In this document: piece after piece, positions 1 through 13,900 of the stretch
Numbering within the stretch: position 1 is the stretch's first letter
How the letters are laid out: each line of letters opens with the position of its first letter
From: a bacterium
GTDB lineage: Bacteria; Chlamydiota; Chlamydiia; Chlamydiales; SM23-39
Assembly: GCA_021781995.1 (NCBI GenBank)
Contig: JAJXVT010000001.1
Location: 70,171 to 134,170, forward strand
Direction of reading: 5' to 3'
Length of the DNA stretch: 64,000 bases
Translations under genes and position numbers: made by a program
The notes under the pieces: generated by a model
What the model was told of the DNA's origin: nothing
The model's input: the letters and a program-made list of their open reading frames with translations, nothing else
The model's database searches: none

Positions 1-2
1 TT

Positions 3-545
3 GATCCTGCATTCTACGATTATTGGTATAATCCTGATCCAGTGGATCCAACCCGTAGAGTATGCGATACGCACCACAGGCCTGTTTGGATCCCTGAGGG
101 CTTAAGTCTTGCGACAGTAGAAAGGGCAGGGTTGCGATTTTCCCCTAACCGTACGGAAGCATTACGGGAAATTAAAAATATTCCTACACGTGGCGGATAT
201 TATGCCGTTATGAGGAAAGAAATTTTTGGAAAATCTCTTCCGGAAGCCGAACAAATACAAAAACTGAACGAAGCGGGGTATCCCGGTTTGGCTAAAGCAG
301 TAGACGTAGCCGCAGTCATATTTGCCATCAATCAATACGATGGAAGTCGATGGCTCGGAGATGACACCGGAGTGGAACGGCGCTGGACTATGACTCGTTG
401 TGTAGAGAAGTTTTCATATCGTGTATGGTATTCATGGCGTACATACAAAATCCCCGTAGTCGTTGGGATATTTTCTCCTTCGGGCGTGTATGTTAACGAC
501 TTTTACAATCATTACATCGGAGTTGTGGGTCTACGGAAGTTCTAG
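3..545 (+). CDS. Hypothetical protein, 5'-truncated by the window edge; C-terminal domain ends ...VVVGxFSxSG...GVVGLRKF
   Basis: The frame is open from position 3 (DPAFYDYWYNPDPVDPTRR...) to the stop at 545. The C-terminal motif recalls an expanded family of environmental chlamydiae (recollection only). Confidence 0.6.
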   Translation, partial: DPAFYDYWYNPDPVDPTRRVCDTHHRPVWIPEGLSLATVERAGLRFSPNRTEALREIKNIPTRGGYYAVMRKEIFGKSLPEAEQIQKLNEAGYPGLAKAVDVAAVIFAINQYDGSRWLGDDTGVERRWTMTRCVEKFSYRVWYSWRTYKIPVVVGIFSPSGVYVNDFYNHYIGVVGLRKF

Positions 546-581
546 GCATTCTTGGATTTTTGGGGACTTGTTATGACTTGT

Positions 582-1232
582 TTAGCCAACTAGAATGCCG
601 TTAGACAGCGCGTAGGTACGGTGGCAGCGGCCTGCGAGCTCTTGGTCATGAGTGACTAAAATCAGGGTCATATTTTCAGTGTGCGCGATATCAAAGAGCA
701 GCTGGCCAATTGCTGTTGCGTGAGCGCGGTCTAGATTTCCTGTTGGTTCATCAGCAAAGAGAATTTTGGGAGAATTGCATAGAGCTCGCGCGATGGCGGC
801 TCTTTGTCGTTCGCCTCCGGAAAGTAGTTTTGCCGGAAAGTCTGCGCGCTGTTCCAGTCCCACCTTTGCTAATAGCCGTAATCCGTGTTCTGGCGATGGA
901 TTTGTCCGCGCAATCCTAGCCGGCATAAGAACGTTATCGAGCACAGAAAAATCTTCTAAAAGATTGAATGATTGAAAGACAAATCCTAAAAATTGATTTC
1001 GTAGCTGAGCTGAATTTACAGATTCGATGGGCTTTCCGGCGATGATTAACTTTCCTGAATCAAAGGGTTCGAGAGTGCCTAAAATGTGTAGTAAGGTCGT
1101 TTTTCCTTCTCCTGAACGACCGGTAATAGCGATAGATTCTCCGGCTGCGATTTGTAAATCAATGCCCCGAAGTAGTTCCACGGTGTGCGGAGATGAAAAT
1201 TTTTTGCAAAGTTGTTTGGCCGATAAAATCAT
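582..1232 (-). CDS. lolD: Lipoprotein-releasing ABC transporter ATP-binding protein
   Basis: Walker A GRSGEGKT, signature LSGGE, Walker B/D-loop LFADEPTGNLD, H-loop VTHD; overlaps the stop of the permease gene. Confidence 0.9.
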   Translation of the reverse strand: MILSAKQLCKKFSSPHTVELLRGIDLQIAAGESIAITGRSGEGKTTLLHILGTLEPFDSGKLIIAGKPIESVNSAQLRNQFLGFVFQSFNLLEDFSVLDNVLMPARIARTNPSPEHGLRLLAKVGLEQRADFPAKLLSGGERQRAAIARALCNSPKILFADEPTGNLDRAHATAIGQLLFDIAHTENMTLILVTHDQELAGRCHRTYALSNGILVG

Positions 1233-2725
1233 TCTGACCTCAAAACAACGCTTGGGCGGATTCGGATAGCTTGAACTGCGGGGATCAGACCGGCTAAAAG
1301 CGATAAGATCGGCGTTGCGATGAGGACAAAACGTAGGGCATCTGCACTTAAGGAATTGGGCAGGTGCTGTCCGAAGAAAGTGGGGTTAAAGGCGCTATGA
1401 CCTTGCATTGATGAAAGCAGAGCTACGATGAAATCTAAATGGGTGAGTGTCGTTAGCGCAAGAGCGCTTCCTGCGGCGCAAGAGAGTAGTCCCATGCTAA
1501 CCCCGCAAACGGCAAAAATAAGGGCGATGCTTGTTCCAGAGGCTCCCATCGATTGCAGGATAGCTATTTCTTTTTTCTTGTCATTGACTAGGAGTATCAA
1601 TAGAGAAATGATATTGCAGCAGGCGACGAAAAGAATGATTCCTGCAATCAAAGTGAAGAGTGTTCGATCGCTGCGAAATTGGTTGAGGAGATCTTTTGAA
1701 AATTCAAATTCGTCAAATGAGGCAATTTGCCAGTATTCATCGATGCCGGCATTTTTCAACTGATTTGCAATGACAAGTTTTAATTCATCGATCGATTGAT
1801 CCTCTTGAGGCCAGATAAAAATTCCATTAGTAGGAGTTCCGTCAGGAGAAAACGTCTGCGAGGAGGCGTGAATGGCGTGCGTTACTTCGCTTGGAACGAT
1901 CAGGCAGCGATTGCCAAAGGACAGTAATCCTGGATCGTAAAAGCCGGCGACGCGAACAGGGATTCTTTGTTCTTGCGAAGTGGCAGCTGTGGGGGCGGAG
2001 TAGCTTAGCGTGCCTCTAGCGCCTATTTGAACTTTGCTGTCTTTATAGTTTTTGGATAGCAAGATAGGTGTATCAGATCCAGCTGGAAGGAGGATTTTGC
2101 CTTCGACTATGCGTGCTGCATAGGGGATTTCATCTCCTGGCGGCAGTAGAAGATCAGCTAGGTGCGGGTTTTGATCGGATAGCGATAAAAGATAGCTCAT
2201 TTGGCTTAAAAATGAGGTTCGTCCTTCATGTTCGACTTCGAGTTTTAGCAACGCGCCGGCTATTTCGTAATCTTGATAGATAAATTTAGATTTGTTTTTG
2301 AGTAAATCAAGTTGCTTTACAGCTTCTTTGACCGGATCGAGAAACCTGCCTTCGGTATTGATTTTTTTTTCGGGCCAATAAGAAGGAATTTCGATGTCTG
2401 TTTCTGCTGAATAGGGGTCTGATGATAAGGATGAAGCTTTTTCGGCAATCGTTTTAGGCGTGTAATTGGACTGGGAGGATATGCTATCGATTTGATAGTA
2501 ATACGAATGGTAGTAAGCTTCTGTTGGGGAGATCCTTAGTGGAGCGTGCAAAGTTGTTAACTTTGTCAGCCAATTTTTTTCTATACCGGAAGTGACTGAA
2601 AGAAAAACCAAGACCAACCAAACGACCAGCGAGATCACAATAACCGAAATCATTGAGATCATCGCTGTTGATAACGACTTTTTTCTAGGTACGAGGTATT
2701 TGAGAGCTATTTTTAGCTCAAACAA
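1229..2725 (-). CDS. lolE: LolC/E (FtsX-like) ABC transporter permease
   Basis: N-terminal TM, large periplasmic domain, C-terminal KKKEIAILQSMGAS motif and three TMs; coupled to lolD. Confidence 0.8.
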   Translation of the reverse strand: MFELKIALKYLVPRKKSLSTAMISMISVIVISLVVWLVLVFLSVTSGIEKNWLTKLTTLHAPLRISPTEAYYHSYYYQIDSISSQSNYTPKTIAEKASSLSSDPYSAETDIEIPSYWPEKKINTEGRFLDPVKEAVKQLDLLKNKSKFIYQDYEIAGALLKLEVEHEGRTSFLSQMSYLLSLSDQNPHLADLLLPPGDEIPYAARIVEGKILLPAGSDTPILLSKNYKDSKVQIGARGTLSYSAPTAATSQEQRIPVRVAGFYDPGLLSFGNRCLIVPSEVTHAIHASSQTFSPDGTPTNGIFIWPQEDQSIDELKLVIANQLKNAGIDEYWQIASFDEFEFSKDLLNQFRSDRTLFTLIAGIILFVACCNIISLLILLVNDKKKEIAILQSMGASGTSIALIFAVCGVSMGLLSCAAGSALALTTLTHLDFIVALLSSMQGHSAFNPTFFGQHLPNSLSADALRFVLIATPILSLLAGLIPAVQAIRIRPSVVLRSE

Positions 2726-2727
2726 AA

Positions 2728-2889
2728 TTACTTCGCTTCTTTAAAAGTAACGTGCTTGCGAAGCGATTTGTCGAATTTATTCAATTCCATCCGCTCCGTT
2801 GTGTTTCTTTTATTTTTAACTGTCCAGTAGCACTCATCCGATTCTGTGCTCTTCAATTTAATGATCTCGCGTGCGCCTTTCTTTGCCAT
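2728..2889 (-). CDS. rpmG: 50S ribosomal protein L33 (53 aa, absent from the supplied ORF track)
   Basis: Manual translation [58 protein letters not shown] Shine-Dalgarno upstream; rpmG-lolE-lolD order as in chlamydiae. Confidence 0.95.
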   Translation of the reverse strand: MAKKGAREIIKLKSTESDECYWTVKNKRNTTERMELNKFDKSLRKHVTFKEAK

Positions 2890-3021
2890 AACATACTCCT
2901 AAAAGTTGAAAAAGATTCTAACTGAAAAGGCGTCTTTTTATCAAGGGAACAGTGCAAAACTGCTTCAAGAGCCGATTGCCAAACTCATTTACTCGTTAAA
3001 ATCGCCCTTTTGGGGGGCATT

Positions 3022-3321
3022 TTACCCTCGAGCTTCGTTTAGGCGCATTCGTTGGGTTGCGCAAATAGCCCAAGCAGCGGCGGCAAGTGCAGCAATAGAC
3101 GCTAGTCCAGCGCTGCTATACAGACAGTAAAGTCCAATTGTTTTGACTGTCGCGGATGATAGAATCAACCCGCTTACAATTTGATTTGGTATATAATAAT
3201 AACTTAGTCCGGCACATAATGCAATTATGGCGACAGCTCCTACTACCATGGCTATTTGGAACAATGCTTTTTCGTGGGCCGGTGGCTGTGGGAATTGATT
3301 CGCGTCTACTCGTGCTACCAT
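3022..3321 (-). CDS. Small membrane protein with two long hydrophobic segments
   Basis: 99-aa ORF with AGGAG SD; hydrophobic stretches IAMVVGAVAIIALCAGLSYYYI and LYCLYSSAGLASIAALAAAAWAI. Confidence 0.65.
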   Translation of the reverse strand: MVARVDANQFPQPPAHEKALFQIAMVVGAVAIIALCAGLSYYYIPNQIVSGLILSSATVKTIGLYCLYSSAGLASIAALAAAAWAICATQRMRLNEARG

Positions 3322-3445
3322 AATTCTCCTTTCTTTATTTAAAAAACCAATGACAAAGCCGAAAGCGTTTTTGTAACCGGCTGTAAATATTATATTCTAT
3401 TTTGAAATTGATTTCTGCGTAAAGTTTATTTTAAATATTCCGATA

Positions 3446-4447
3446 TTAAAATGGAATGCGCGTAGTAATCTCTAGATCGAGAGGGTCCCCGCAGCCGCGA
3501 GCGATGAATTGCCGATAACCTAGCCCTGCGATCATTGCTCCATTATCGGATGTAAGTTCTTTTTTTGGGAAAAAAAGTGGGATTTTAGATTGGAAAGAGT
3601 TGTTAAACATTTCCTTTAATCGACCGTTATTACAAACTCCTCCGCCAAAATACAGGGCGTGGCAATCAAAGGTAGCAGCTGCAATATGTGCTTTCTTCAA
3701 AACATCGTTTAGCGCTGTTTCTTGAAATGAGGCGGCCAAATCGCACTTATCTTGTTCGGAAAGCGAGATAGGAGATTTGCCGTTTTGCCCTTTTATGGCG
3801 TAAAGCACTGAGGTTTTTAGTCCGGAAAAGGAAAAGTCTAGGGGTTTAGCCTTAACGACGCCTTTGGCTAAGGCAAAACGGGGGTGGCCGTTTTTAGCTA
3901 GAGCTTCCACTCGAGGCCCTCCCGGATATGGCATGCCTAAAAGAACGCCAACTTTGTCAAACGCTTCCCCTAATGCGTCATCTACGGTAGTGCTCAAGAG
4001 TTCGTAATGTCCGATTGCATGGATTTTGACGAGCATGGTATGCCCTCCAGAAAGAACGAGGCCCAATGCGGGAAAAATCTTTGGAGCGCCCATCATGGCG
4101 GCGTAAAGGTGCGCCTCGACGTGATTTATGCCGATAAAGGGCTTTTTCCAAGAAATGCTTAAGCCTTTTGCAAATTGCATGCCGATGAGAAGCGGACCGG
4201 CTAGGCCTGGGCCTTTGGCAACGGCGATAAGATCTATTTTGTCGGGAGAAATAGTTCCCAAAGCCTCTTTTAGGACGGAAATGATGGATTCTATGTGGCG
4301 GCGGGATGATTGCTCTGGGAATACTCCGCCATATTGGGCGTGCAAATCTGCTGAAGATGCGATGACGTTAGACAAGACTTCTTCGCCATCTTTGACTAGT
4401 GCTATCGCGGTTTCATCGCAAGTGGTTTCAATGCCTAAGACGATCAC
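3446..4447 (-). CDS. tsaD: tRNA N6-adenosine threonylcarbamoyltransferase TsaD
   Basis: LGIETTCDET, HVEAH, SGGHT, DDALGEAFDK and DNGAMIA motifs. Likely start is GTG at 4447, overlapping the pgl stop. Confidence 0.95.
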   Translation of the reverse strand: MIVLGIETTCDETAIALVKDGEEVLSNVIASSADLHAQYGGVFPEQSSRRHIESIISVLKEALGTISPDKIDLIAVAKGPGLAGPLLIGMQFAKGLSISWKKPFIGINHVEAHLYAAMMGAPKIFPALGLVLSGGHTMLVKIHAIGHYELLSTTVDDALGEAFDKVGVLLGMPYPGGPRVEALAKNGHPRFALAKGVVKAKPLDFSFSGLKTSVLYAIKGQNGKSPISLSEQDKCDLAASFQETALNDVLKKAHIAAATFDCHALYFGGGVCNNGRLKEMFNNSFQSKIPLFFPKKELTSDNGAMIAGLGYRQFIARGCGDPLDLEITTRIPF

Positions 4448-5208
4448 GAGCGCTCGGAATCCGATAAAAGGTGGGCAGCCGCTCGATCGAGAATCCAAAG
4501 AGCTTTGACTTCGTTTGTTCCAATGGCACTTGCTGGAAAAGGCGAGCGGATTGCGCTGTTGAGGACTAACGGAACGATCGCTTGTTTGCTTTGGCCAATG
4601 ACCAAAATTTCAATGCGGGCGCTATGGTGAATTGCTTTAAAAGAAAAAGTAATACGTTTTTTTTCGGTGGTGGGAATTGTGTTGGAAACAACCCATTTTT
4701 CTTCTTCTTGAAGGGCCAAGGAATGGGGAAATAAAGAGGCTGTATGCCCATCTTCTCCAATGCCAAGCATGACTAGATCAAAAGGCGATGGTCCTAAAAT
4801 TCTGTGCAGTAAATCTTCATAGTCTGCAGCAGAGGCGACTGTATCTGCTTTGGTTCTCATGGGATGAATTTGGTTTGGAGGAATAGGCAGGGTTTTAAAC
4901 CCGCTTTCCATAGCCATGTAATAATTGCTTTCGGTGTGGTTGAGAGGTACATCGCGTTCATCGCTCCAAAACAAATGAACTTTGGTCCAGTCGATGGCGT
5001 CTTTGTATCTAGAGACAATCTGCGCGTAAATTTTCTGCGGAGTTGAGCCGCCGGAAAGGGCGACGAAAAAATGGCCCTTTTGTTGAATGGCCCTTTGTGC
5101 GGTATGAATCCAATGCTCGGCAGCAAAAGCGACAGCTTCTTCTTCGGTGGAAAGGGCTATGATGTCTCGCCGTTCGTCCCAAGAGTGAATCGATCCATCT
5201 AATATCAT
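4444..5208 (-). CDS. pgl: 6-phosphogluconolactonase
   Basis: ALSGGSTP, DER, LGIGEDGHTASLFP motifs; directly downstream of zwf. Confidence 0.95.
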   Translation of the reverse strand: MILDGSIHSWDERRDIIALSTEEEAVAFAAEHWIHTAQRAIQQKGHFFVALSGGSTPQKIYAQIVSRYKDAIDWTKVHLFWSDERDVPLNHTESNYYMAMESGFKTLPIPPNQIHPMRTKADTVASAADYEDLLHRILGPSPFDLVMLGIGEDGHTASLFPHSLALQEEEKWVVSNTIPTTEKKRITFSFKAIHHSARIEILVIGQSKQAIVPLVLNSAIRSPFPASAIGTNEVKALWILDRAAAHLLSDSERS

Positions 5209-6767
5209 AGGGATAACATCCTCCAGCGGCGTCCGTCTTTTTCCATGAGTTCGTCAGCGACTTTAGGTCCCCAAGAGCCCGCTGCATAAGTCGGCAGCGT
5301 TGCGGGTGTGTGTGTGTCCCAGTGCTGTAAAAGAGGTGTGAAAATCTTCCATGATTCGGCAACTTCGTCGCTTCTGGCAAACAAGGTGCTGTCGCCAACC
5401 ATGCATTCGCGGATCAATCGTTCATAGGCTTCAGGTGGGGTTTTGCCGAAATAGGAACCATATCTGAAGTCCATTTTGACTGCTTGGATGGGAATGGAAG
5501 GTCCGGGAACTTTGCAATTCATCCTCATTGAAATTCCTTCATCGGGTTGAATGCGGATGGCTAGGACGTTGGGACAATTTCTTTGTTTTCCGTGTTGAAA
5601 TAAAACGCCGGGGGCGTCTTTGAATGTGATTGCAATTTCGGTGCTTCGTTTTGCCAATCGTTTTCCGGCTCGAAGATAAAACGGAACTCCTGCCCAGCGC
5701 CAGTTATCGACAAATAGCCGCATGGCGACGAAAGTTTCTACAGTCGATTTTGCATTTACATCTTTTTCTTCGCGATATCCGGGAACGGATTCTCCGTGCG
5801 CAGAGCCCGCTGTGTATTGGCCTCGAACTACAGATTGTTCAAAATCTTCTTGGCTAAATGGTCGAATCGACTGGAGTACTTTGACTTTTTCGTCGCGAAT
5901 TGCATTTGCCGATAAGTTGACCGGAGGCTCCATTGCTACAAGAGAAAGTAGCTGCATCATGTGGTTTTGGACAATGTCTCTTAAAAGGCCTACTTCGTCA
6001 AAAAAATGGCCTCTAGTGCCGATGCCGAGGTCTTCTGCTACCGTGATTTGTACGTGATCTACGTGTTTATAATTCCATAAAGATTCAAAAATGGAGTTGG
6101 CAAAGCGGAAAACAAGGAGGTTTTGCACTGTTTCTTTGCCTAAATAGTGATCGATTCGGTAGACCTGTGATTCATCTAGGTGCTTTGCAATATCAGCTTG
6201 TAGCGCATCTGCCGAGAGATAGTCGTGGCCAAAGGGTTTTTCGATAATGACGCGGGAATAACGATCTTTTTCAGTGTGGACGTCGTAAATGAGGTTGTGC
6301 TGCTTGAGTTTTTCAGTGATAGGTGCAAAAAATTTCGGTTGTACGGAAAGATAATAAACGCGATTGCCTTTTGTCCCGAGTTTTTGGTCGAGCTCGTTTA
6401 ATTTTTTAGCTAGCGCTTCATAGCCGGCGTCGTCGTCAAATTCAGAGCGATGGTAATAGATTTTTTGTTGAAATTGTTCCCAAAATTCTTCATCGACCGG
6501 GCGGACTCGAGAGTGACTGTTGACGTCTTCTTTCAATTCATTGCGAAATTCTTCGTCCGTTTTTTCCCGCCTGGCGAATCCAACGCAGGCAAACTTTGTA
6601 GGCAGCAGCTGATCTAATCCTAAATTGTATAAAGCGGGCACAAGCTTGCGTCCGGTTAAATCGCCGGTGGCCCCAAAAATTACTAAAATACAAGGGTCTG
6701 CGCTCTTAGCCATTCGCACTGGATCGTGAGGAGGGGGGGCGCAAGCTTCGCAAAAATCATCAGGCAT
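5205..6767 (-). CDS. zwf: Glucose-6-phosphate 1-dehydrogenase
   Basis: GATGDL, EKPFG, RIDHYLGKE and DIVQNH motifs. Confidence 0.97.
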   Translation of the reverse strand: MPDDFCEACAPPPHDPVRMAKSADPCILVIFGATGDLTGRKLVPALYNLGLDQLLPTKFACVGFARREKTDEEFRNELKEDVNSHSRVRPVDEEFWEQFQQKIYYHRSEFDDDAGYEALAKKLNELDQKLGTKGNRVYYLSVQPKFFAPITEKLKQHNLIYDVHTEKDRYSRVIIEKPFGHDYLSADALQADIAKHLDESQVYRIDHYLGKETVQNLLVFRFANSIFESLWNYKHVDHVQITVAEDLGIGTRGHFFDEVGLLRDIVQNHMMQLLSLVAMEPPVNLSANAIRDEKVKVLQSIRPFSQEDFEQSVVRGQYTAGSAHGESVPGYREEKDVNAKSTVETFVAMRLFVDNWRWAGVPFYLRAGKRLAKRSTEIAITFKDAPGVLFQHGKQRNCPNVLAIRIQPDEGISMRMNCKVPGPSIPIQAVKMDFRYGSYFGKTPPEAYERLIRECMVGDSTLFARSDEVAESWKIFTPLLQHWDTHTPATLPTYAAGSWGPKVADELMEKDGRRWRMLSL

Positions 6768-6788
6768 ATCTAAAACCTATCACAAAAT

Positions 6789-9522
<2,734 letters not shown>

Positions 9523-9669
9523 GATCTGTGAAAGCATACTCCGCTGGTTGAAAATGATCAAGAGGGAGCGAGCATCTTGTTGTGGACATACTGAGCTTAG
9601 TTTATAATCCTCCCTTGGCAGGCCTGATTGTGACGCGGTTGGCTTTAAAATTGAAATTTTTGGTGGACA

Positions 9670-10938
9670 ATGGATCTTTTGGACAAAAAAATGTTATCAA
9701 CTTTAGATCTTTGTCTAACTGCAGCCAGAAAACGGCAAAGCCCTCGCACCGGTTTTGTCCATTTGCATCATGGCGATCCTATAGCTACCGATACGATTCC
9801 AGTGTACGATAATTTGTGCTTTGCGCTTGCGTTATGCAGACAAAAGAAGGCTGAAAGCATCGCCGAGGCTAAAGAACTTTTACAAAAATTACTATTTTTC
9901 CAAAATCCTGACGGCAATTTTCCTACTTATGTGCATGAATTTCCTCGCGCTTATAACGCCAATCTCTCGCTACAGGCTGCTCCTATTTTGCATTGGCTTC
10001 TGCGAGAGTTTGGCGCAGTTTTAGGCTCTGAGTGCCGGATGCGGCTCGAATCGTCTTTGCACATGGCTCTCAAATTCGCACAACGCAGGCTGGAGGAAGG
10101 GAAACTCACGCCGATGTGGGCGTTGCGCTATCGCGCTATGCGCGCTGCAATGGGAGATGGCTGCGATGTAGGAGATATTGAAACTGGGGGCTTTACCCCG
10201 GCTGATTGGTGGGAATATTCAATTTCAAAGCAGTTGACGGAGGTGCCAAAGTGTTCTTGCTTTCATTTGGGATTGCAAGCTTATTGCGGCCATTTGCAGC
10301 ACGATCGACAAACGCATTTTGAACCAGATTGCTACTTGATTGAATGGGCTGCGGCGGCTGCGATGGATTGTTTTTCTCCGAGGCTTTTAAAAGATGATCC
10401 GCGACAAATACAATTAGCGGCGCTAGGTCCTATTGAGGTATTTCATAAGAAGATTTCAGCTGCATTGTTTCAAAGCTCTGTTGCTGCTGACTGCGTTTTT
10501 CGTGTTTTATGGGGCGGCTCTACTTTACACTCACTTGTCTTGCCAAAGGGGGACTTTTCTACTCAGGAAATCGATGGTGGATGGCTTCTTGATCTTCCTT
10601 CTGAATATGAGATGGGGCGAGATGATTTAATCGAATGCGCTCTTTATTGCGATATTTCCTCTGACACTAAGATTTTAATTAATGGAGAAAGGGGAACGGT
10701 TTTTAATTTAGACGATACAGTGGAAATCGTGTCTTTAGACTGGAAAATGCAATTGAAATTTGAGGTAGAAGAGGGAGAAGGGGAATTTTGCGGCCATTTG
10801 CTTTTCGGAAATCGACCGGGACAAACCTCAAATACAGAAATGAGTGCTTACGATTGGAAAATAGCGCTCAGAACGCTTCGCCGCTCGCCAACTTTGCGCT
10901 TAAAAATCTCAAAGCTCGTTCTCCTTTTGATCATCTAA
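9670..10938 (+). CDS. Hypothetical protein
   Basis: 422-aa ORF divergent from kdsB; no motif I can assign. Confidence 0.7.
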   Translation: MDLLDKKMLSTLDLCLTAARKRQSPRTGFVHLHHGDPIATDTIPVYDNLCFALALCRQKKAESIAEAKELLQKLLFFQNPDGNFPTYVHEFPRAYNANLSLQAAPILHWLLREFGAVLGSECRMRLESSLHMALKFAQRRLEEGKLTPMWALRYRAMRAAMGDGCDVGDIETGGFTPADWWEYSISKQLTEVPKCSCFHLGLQAYCGHLQHDRQTHFEPDCYLIEWAAAAAMDCFSPRLLKDDPRQIQLAALGPIEVFHKKISAALFQSSVAADCVFRVLWGGSTLHSLVLPKGDFSTQEIDGGWLLDLPSEYEMGRDDLIECALYCDISSDTKILINGERGTVFNLDDTVEIVSLDWKMQLKFEVEEGEGEFCGHLLFGNRPGQTSNTEMSAYDWKIALRTLRRSPTLRLKISKLVLLLII

Positions 10939-13900
10939 ATCTGCATAGACGTTTCCCGTAAATGCTCGATATAAAAAACTATGTCTATAAGAACTTTGTT
11001 TTTCAGGCGATAGCGATGGTAAAATGTGTTCTTCAAAATATCCTTGATATTCTTCTTTTCCCACTTCATGAAGCCATGAGCAAATCGCTGTTTGCTCTTC
11101 TGGATATGGATAATGTATTTCGCCATTGTATAATTTAGCTTGAATATACAAACGCATAAATTGACGGCGAGCATCATCATCATCTGGTTTTGGAAGAGAG
11201 CTCTCGTGAAGTGACTGTATTATTAGTGGCTTGTTTGTGGCAGATATTGTGATGAGTTGAAAAGAACAGGAGGAGGGAAGAGATCGGTCTGCGTCTGCAT
11301 AGAGATCTAGCCCATCATGAAGAGATGGTAAAATCATCGTCCAACGTTTAGTTTGGGTATTATAGCTTATCGCTGCAAGAAATGCGGGTACGCGATTTGA
11401 GTAATACACTGATTGGGGAGCCAAGTGGTGGGTTCCATTTCCTTCAGAAAACCATTGCTTCCATTTTGCGTATGTGTTTCCATCAGCACATGGATCACAG
11501 CAATCGCTTATCAGACAGGCCCTTATAGGTAGTAATTGTCGCTCTAAATTTTCTGATACATAAATATTATCATCGAAAAAGGGTAAAGATGCATGTAGAT
11601 CCCGCAGTAGATAGAATCCACTATGATCTGTGGATTTGTCGGTTATACATTTGATGTGCCACCAGGTTAACTTACAGTAAGGTCCATTAAAAATAGGATC
11701 CCTGCCTGTTTGAGCGATCTGAATAATCTCTTGCTCGGTTTCTGTTTGGGCTTCAGCTTCCTGAAGAGTTTCTGCTTCCACCTCTGTCAAGTTCTCTTCG
11801 TTGTTGCCGACGAGCTTCGGATATAAATAAACTCTTGTTTCAAAATCGCGAACTTGCATATTGCGAAGCTCTGAAAAGGAATCTAGGTTACGAGCTAATT
11901 TTTGTGCTTGATCAACACTTTGGCTTAGCACAGTGATTGGGCTTGTTAATCGTTGTATAGCTGCGTATTGGCGGTAACCGGGCATTCCTAAGGGGCGCGT
12001 TTTGGTAAATATAGAACTTTGGGAAAATTGTTCTGCCAGTAGAATAAGTTCTCGATTTGGCGCGCCCTGCTGAATTTGATTTGTAAAATGCGAGAGGGCT
12101 GCTCTTTTCGGCATGCTTTCAATGGCTTGTCTTTCTGCGCGAAAATTGTCTTCGGACTCGCGCATCGCTTCATTGATAACGCAAAATTGTAAAATATCAG
12201 TAGTTGTTAAGGGGCGATCTGATTTTTTTAGAATTTGCTTTTGCACTTTTTGAGATACAGCAAAGCTGATGGTTTGACCTTTATCCAAAGAGCGCAGCCG
12301 CCAGACAGCCTGAAATAACTCTGAAATAAATGTGTTTTCCCCGATTGTGACAAGAGCTTGTGCATCTGGAGCTTGCGCAATATCTGCACCTACAATATGA
12401 GGGTGATCGTAAAGAGTAAAGTTGCGATTCAATGCGGTGTGAGCAGCTGATTCTAATGGTAAAATATCGCCGCTTTCGCGCGTTTTTTTTACGATGCGCC
12501 CGGTTGCATCGAAATATATCCCTGCATTAGCGCCTTGTGCGCAACAATGAGCTATAAATTCTTGATTTTCTATTCCGCGTAAATACGCTCCTGCATCAAT
12601 CAATGCCTGGTATCGATGCGATGGGATGTCAATGACTTGGAGCAATGATTCAGAAGGGGATAATGGGTCGAATTCAAACACTTGAATATCGATGCGTCTA
12701 TTGAGCATGATGGCCCAGGTTGATCCGTCGACAGGTAAATTTCTCGTAGGGGTGATTTTGTCGTGATATGAGTGCAGATTCCATGGAGTTCCTGTAAAGC
12801 CTCCAAAATTTTTTACTATATCTGGCACATCTAATGAAGTGGAGTGAATTTGTAGTGGGTATTGTTTGATTTGAGGAAGAACAATTTTTTCTGCAAATGT
12901 TTGTCTAGCGTGTGTATTGATATGGCAAATGAGAGCTTCTATATTTTCTTTTTCCACTATCAATTCAAGCTGCGGCGCCTGAGCGATGCCAATGTTTTGC
13001 ATAAATTTTTGGTATTGTCTTGCCGCCGTTGTTTGATCTAATCTCATCGATGAGAGCGGGTTTGTTTTTTTCTCTAACAATAATTGTTTTTGCGCTTCGC
13101 TCAACCATTGCTCGACAAGTATTGTAATCAGTTCTTTGCTCACTCCGTTTTGTAGATAATCCACGAGCGTGAAGCAAATCTTTTCAATATCATCATCAAA
13201 TTCAGACCCGATGTGAGGCGTATTGTTTGCTTTGTAAGGAATTGTCCATTGCCGAGAAATAGGATCTCTGCCGAAATGAACGTTTCCGACGCGCGATAAA
13301 ACGGTTGCAAATCCTCTTTGTAAAAAGGCTTTCAAAGATGCGATTTCTTGGAAAAGATTGGAGTGACGCAGTTCTAAAGCCAAAACTGTTCTTTCAACAG
13401 CTCTTGATCTCAACTCATTGTCATCAGTGACTTTTTCCGTTAGGTATTCAACGAGATCATCTTGAGAAATCGCATCTAAAGCGATGTTGTAGCGGGTAAG
13501 ATATACAACAGCTAATCTTTTAAGAAGCTTTCTTTTTGTTTCGTTTGAAATTGCAGCCTGGCTATTGTGTCTTAAGTCAACTGCAAGCCCATGCAATTCA
13601 ACATCGTCAGACTCCATGATCAGACGCAGCAAGTTGGATCCAACTTGAATTTTTATTGAGTCTATGGGTGTGGGATCGCCCATAGAAAAATTCACTTCCT
13701 TTCGAATGTCTAAACAAGCGTGTATTTCGTCGGCAATTACATCCGCGTGATGCAAAAGCAAGTGAGCTATGCGACCCATTGCAATGAGAGATCCAAGTAC
13801 GTTTTCTCTTTCTACTCTAGATAGTGTTTTATCGCCGGCTTTTGTAAGTAGCAAGACATAGCTATTGCGGAAAGCTAAAAGGCTACGCTTTGTCGAAAGA

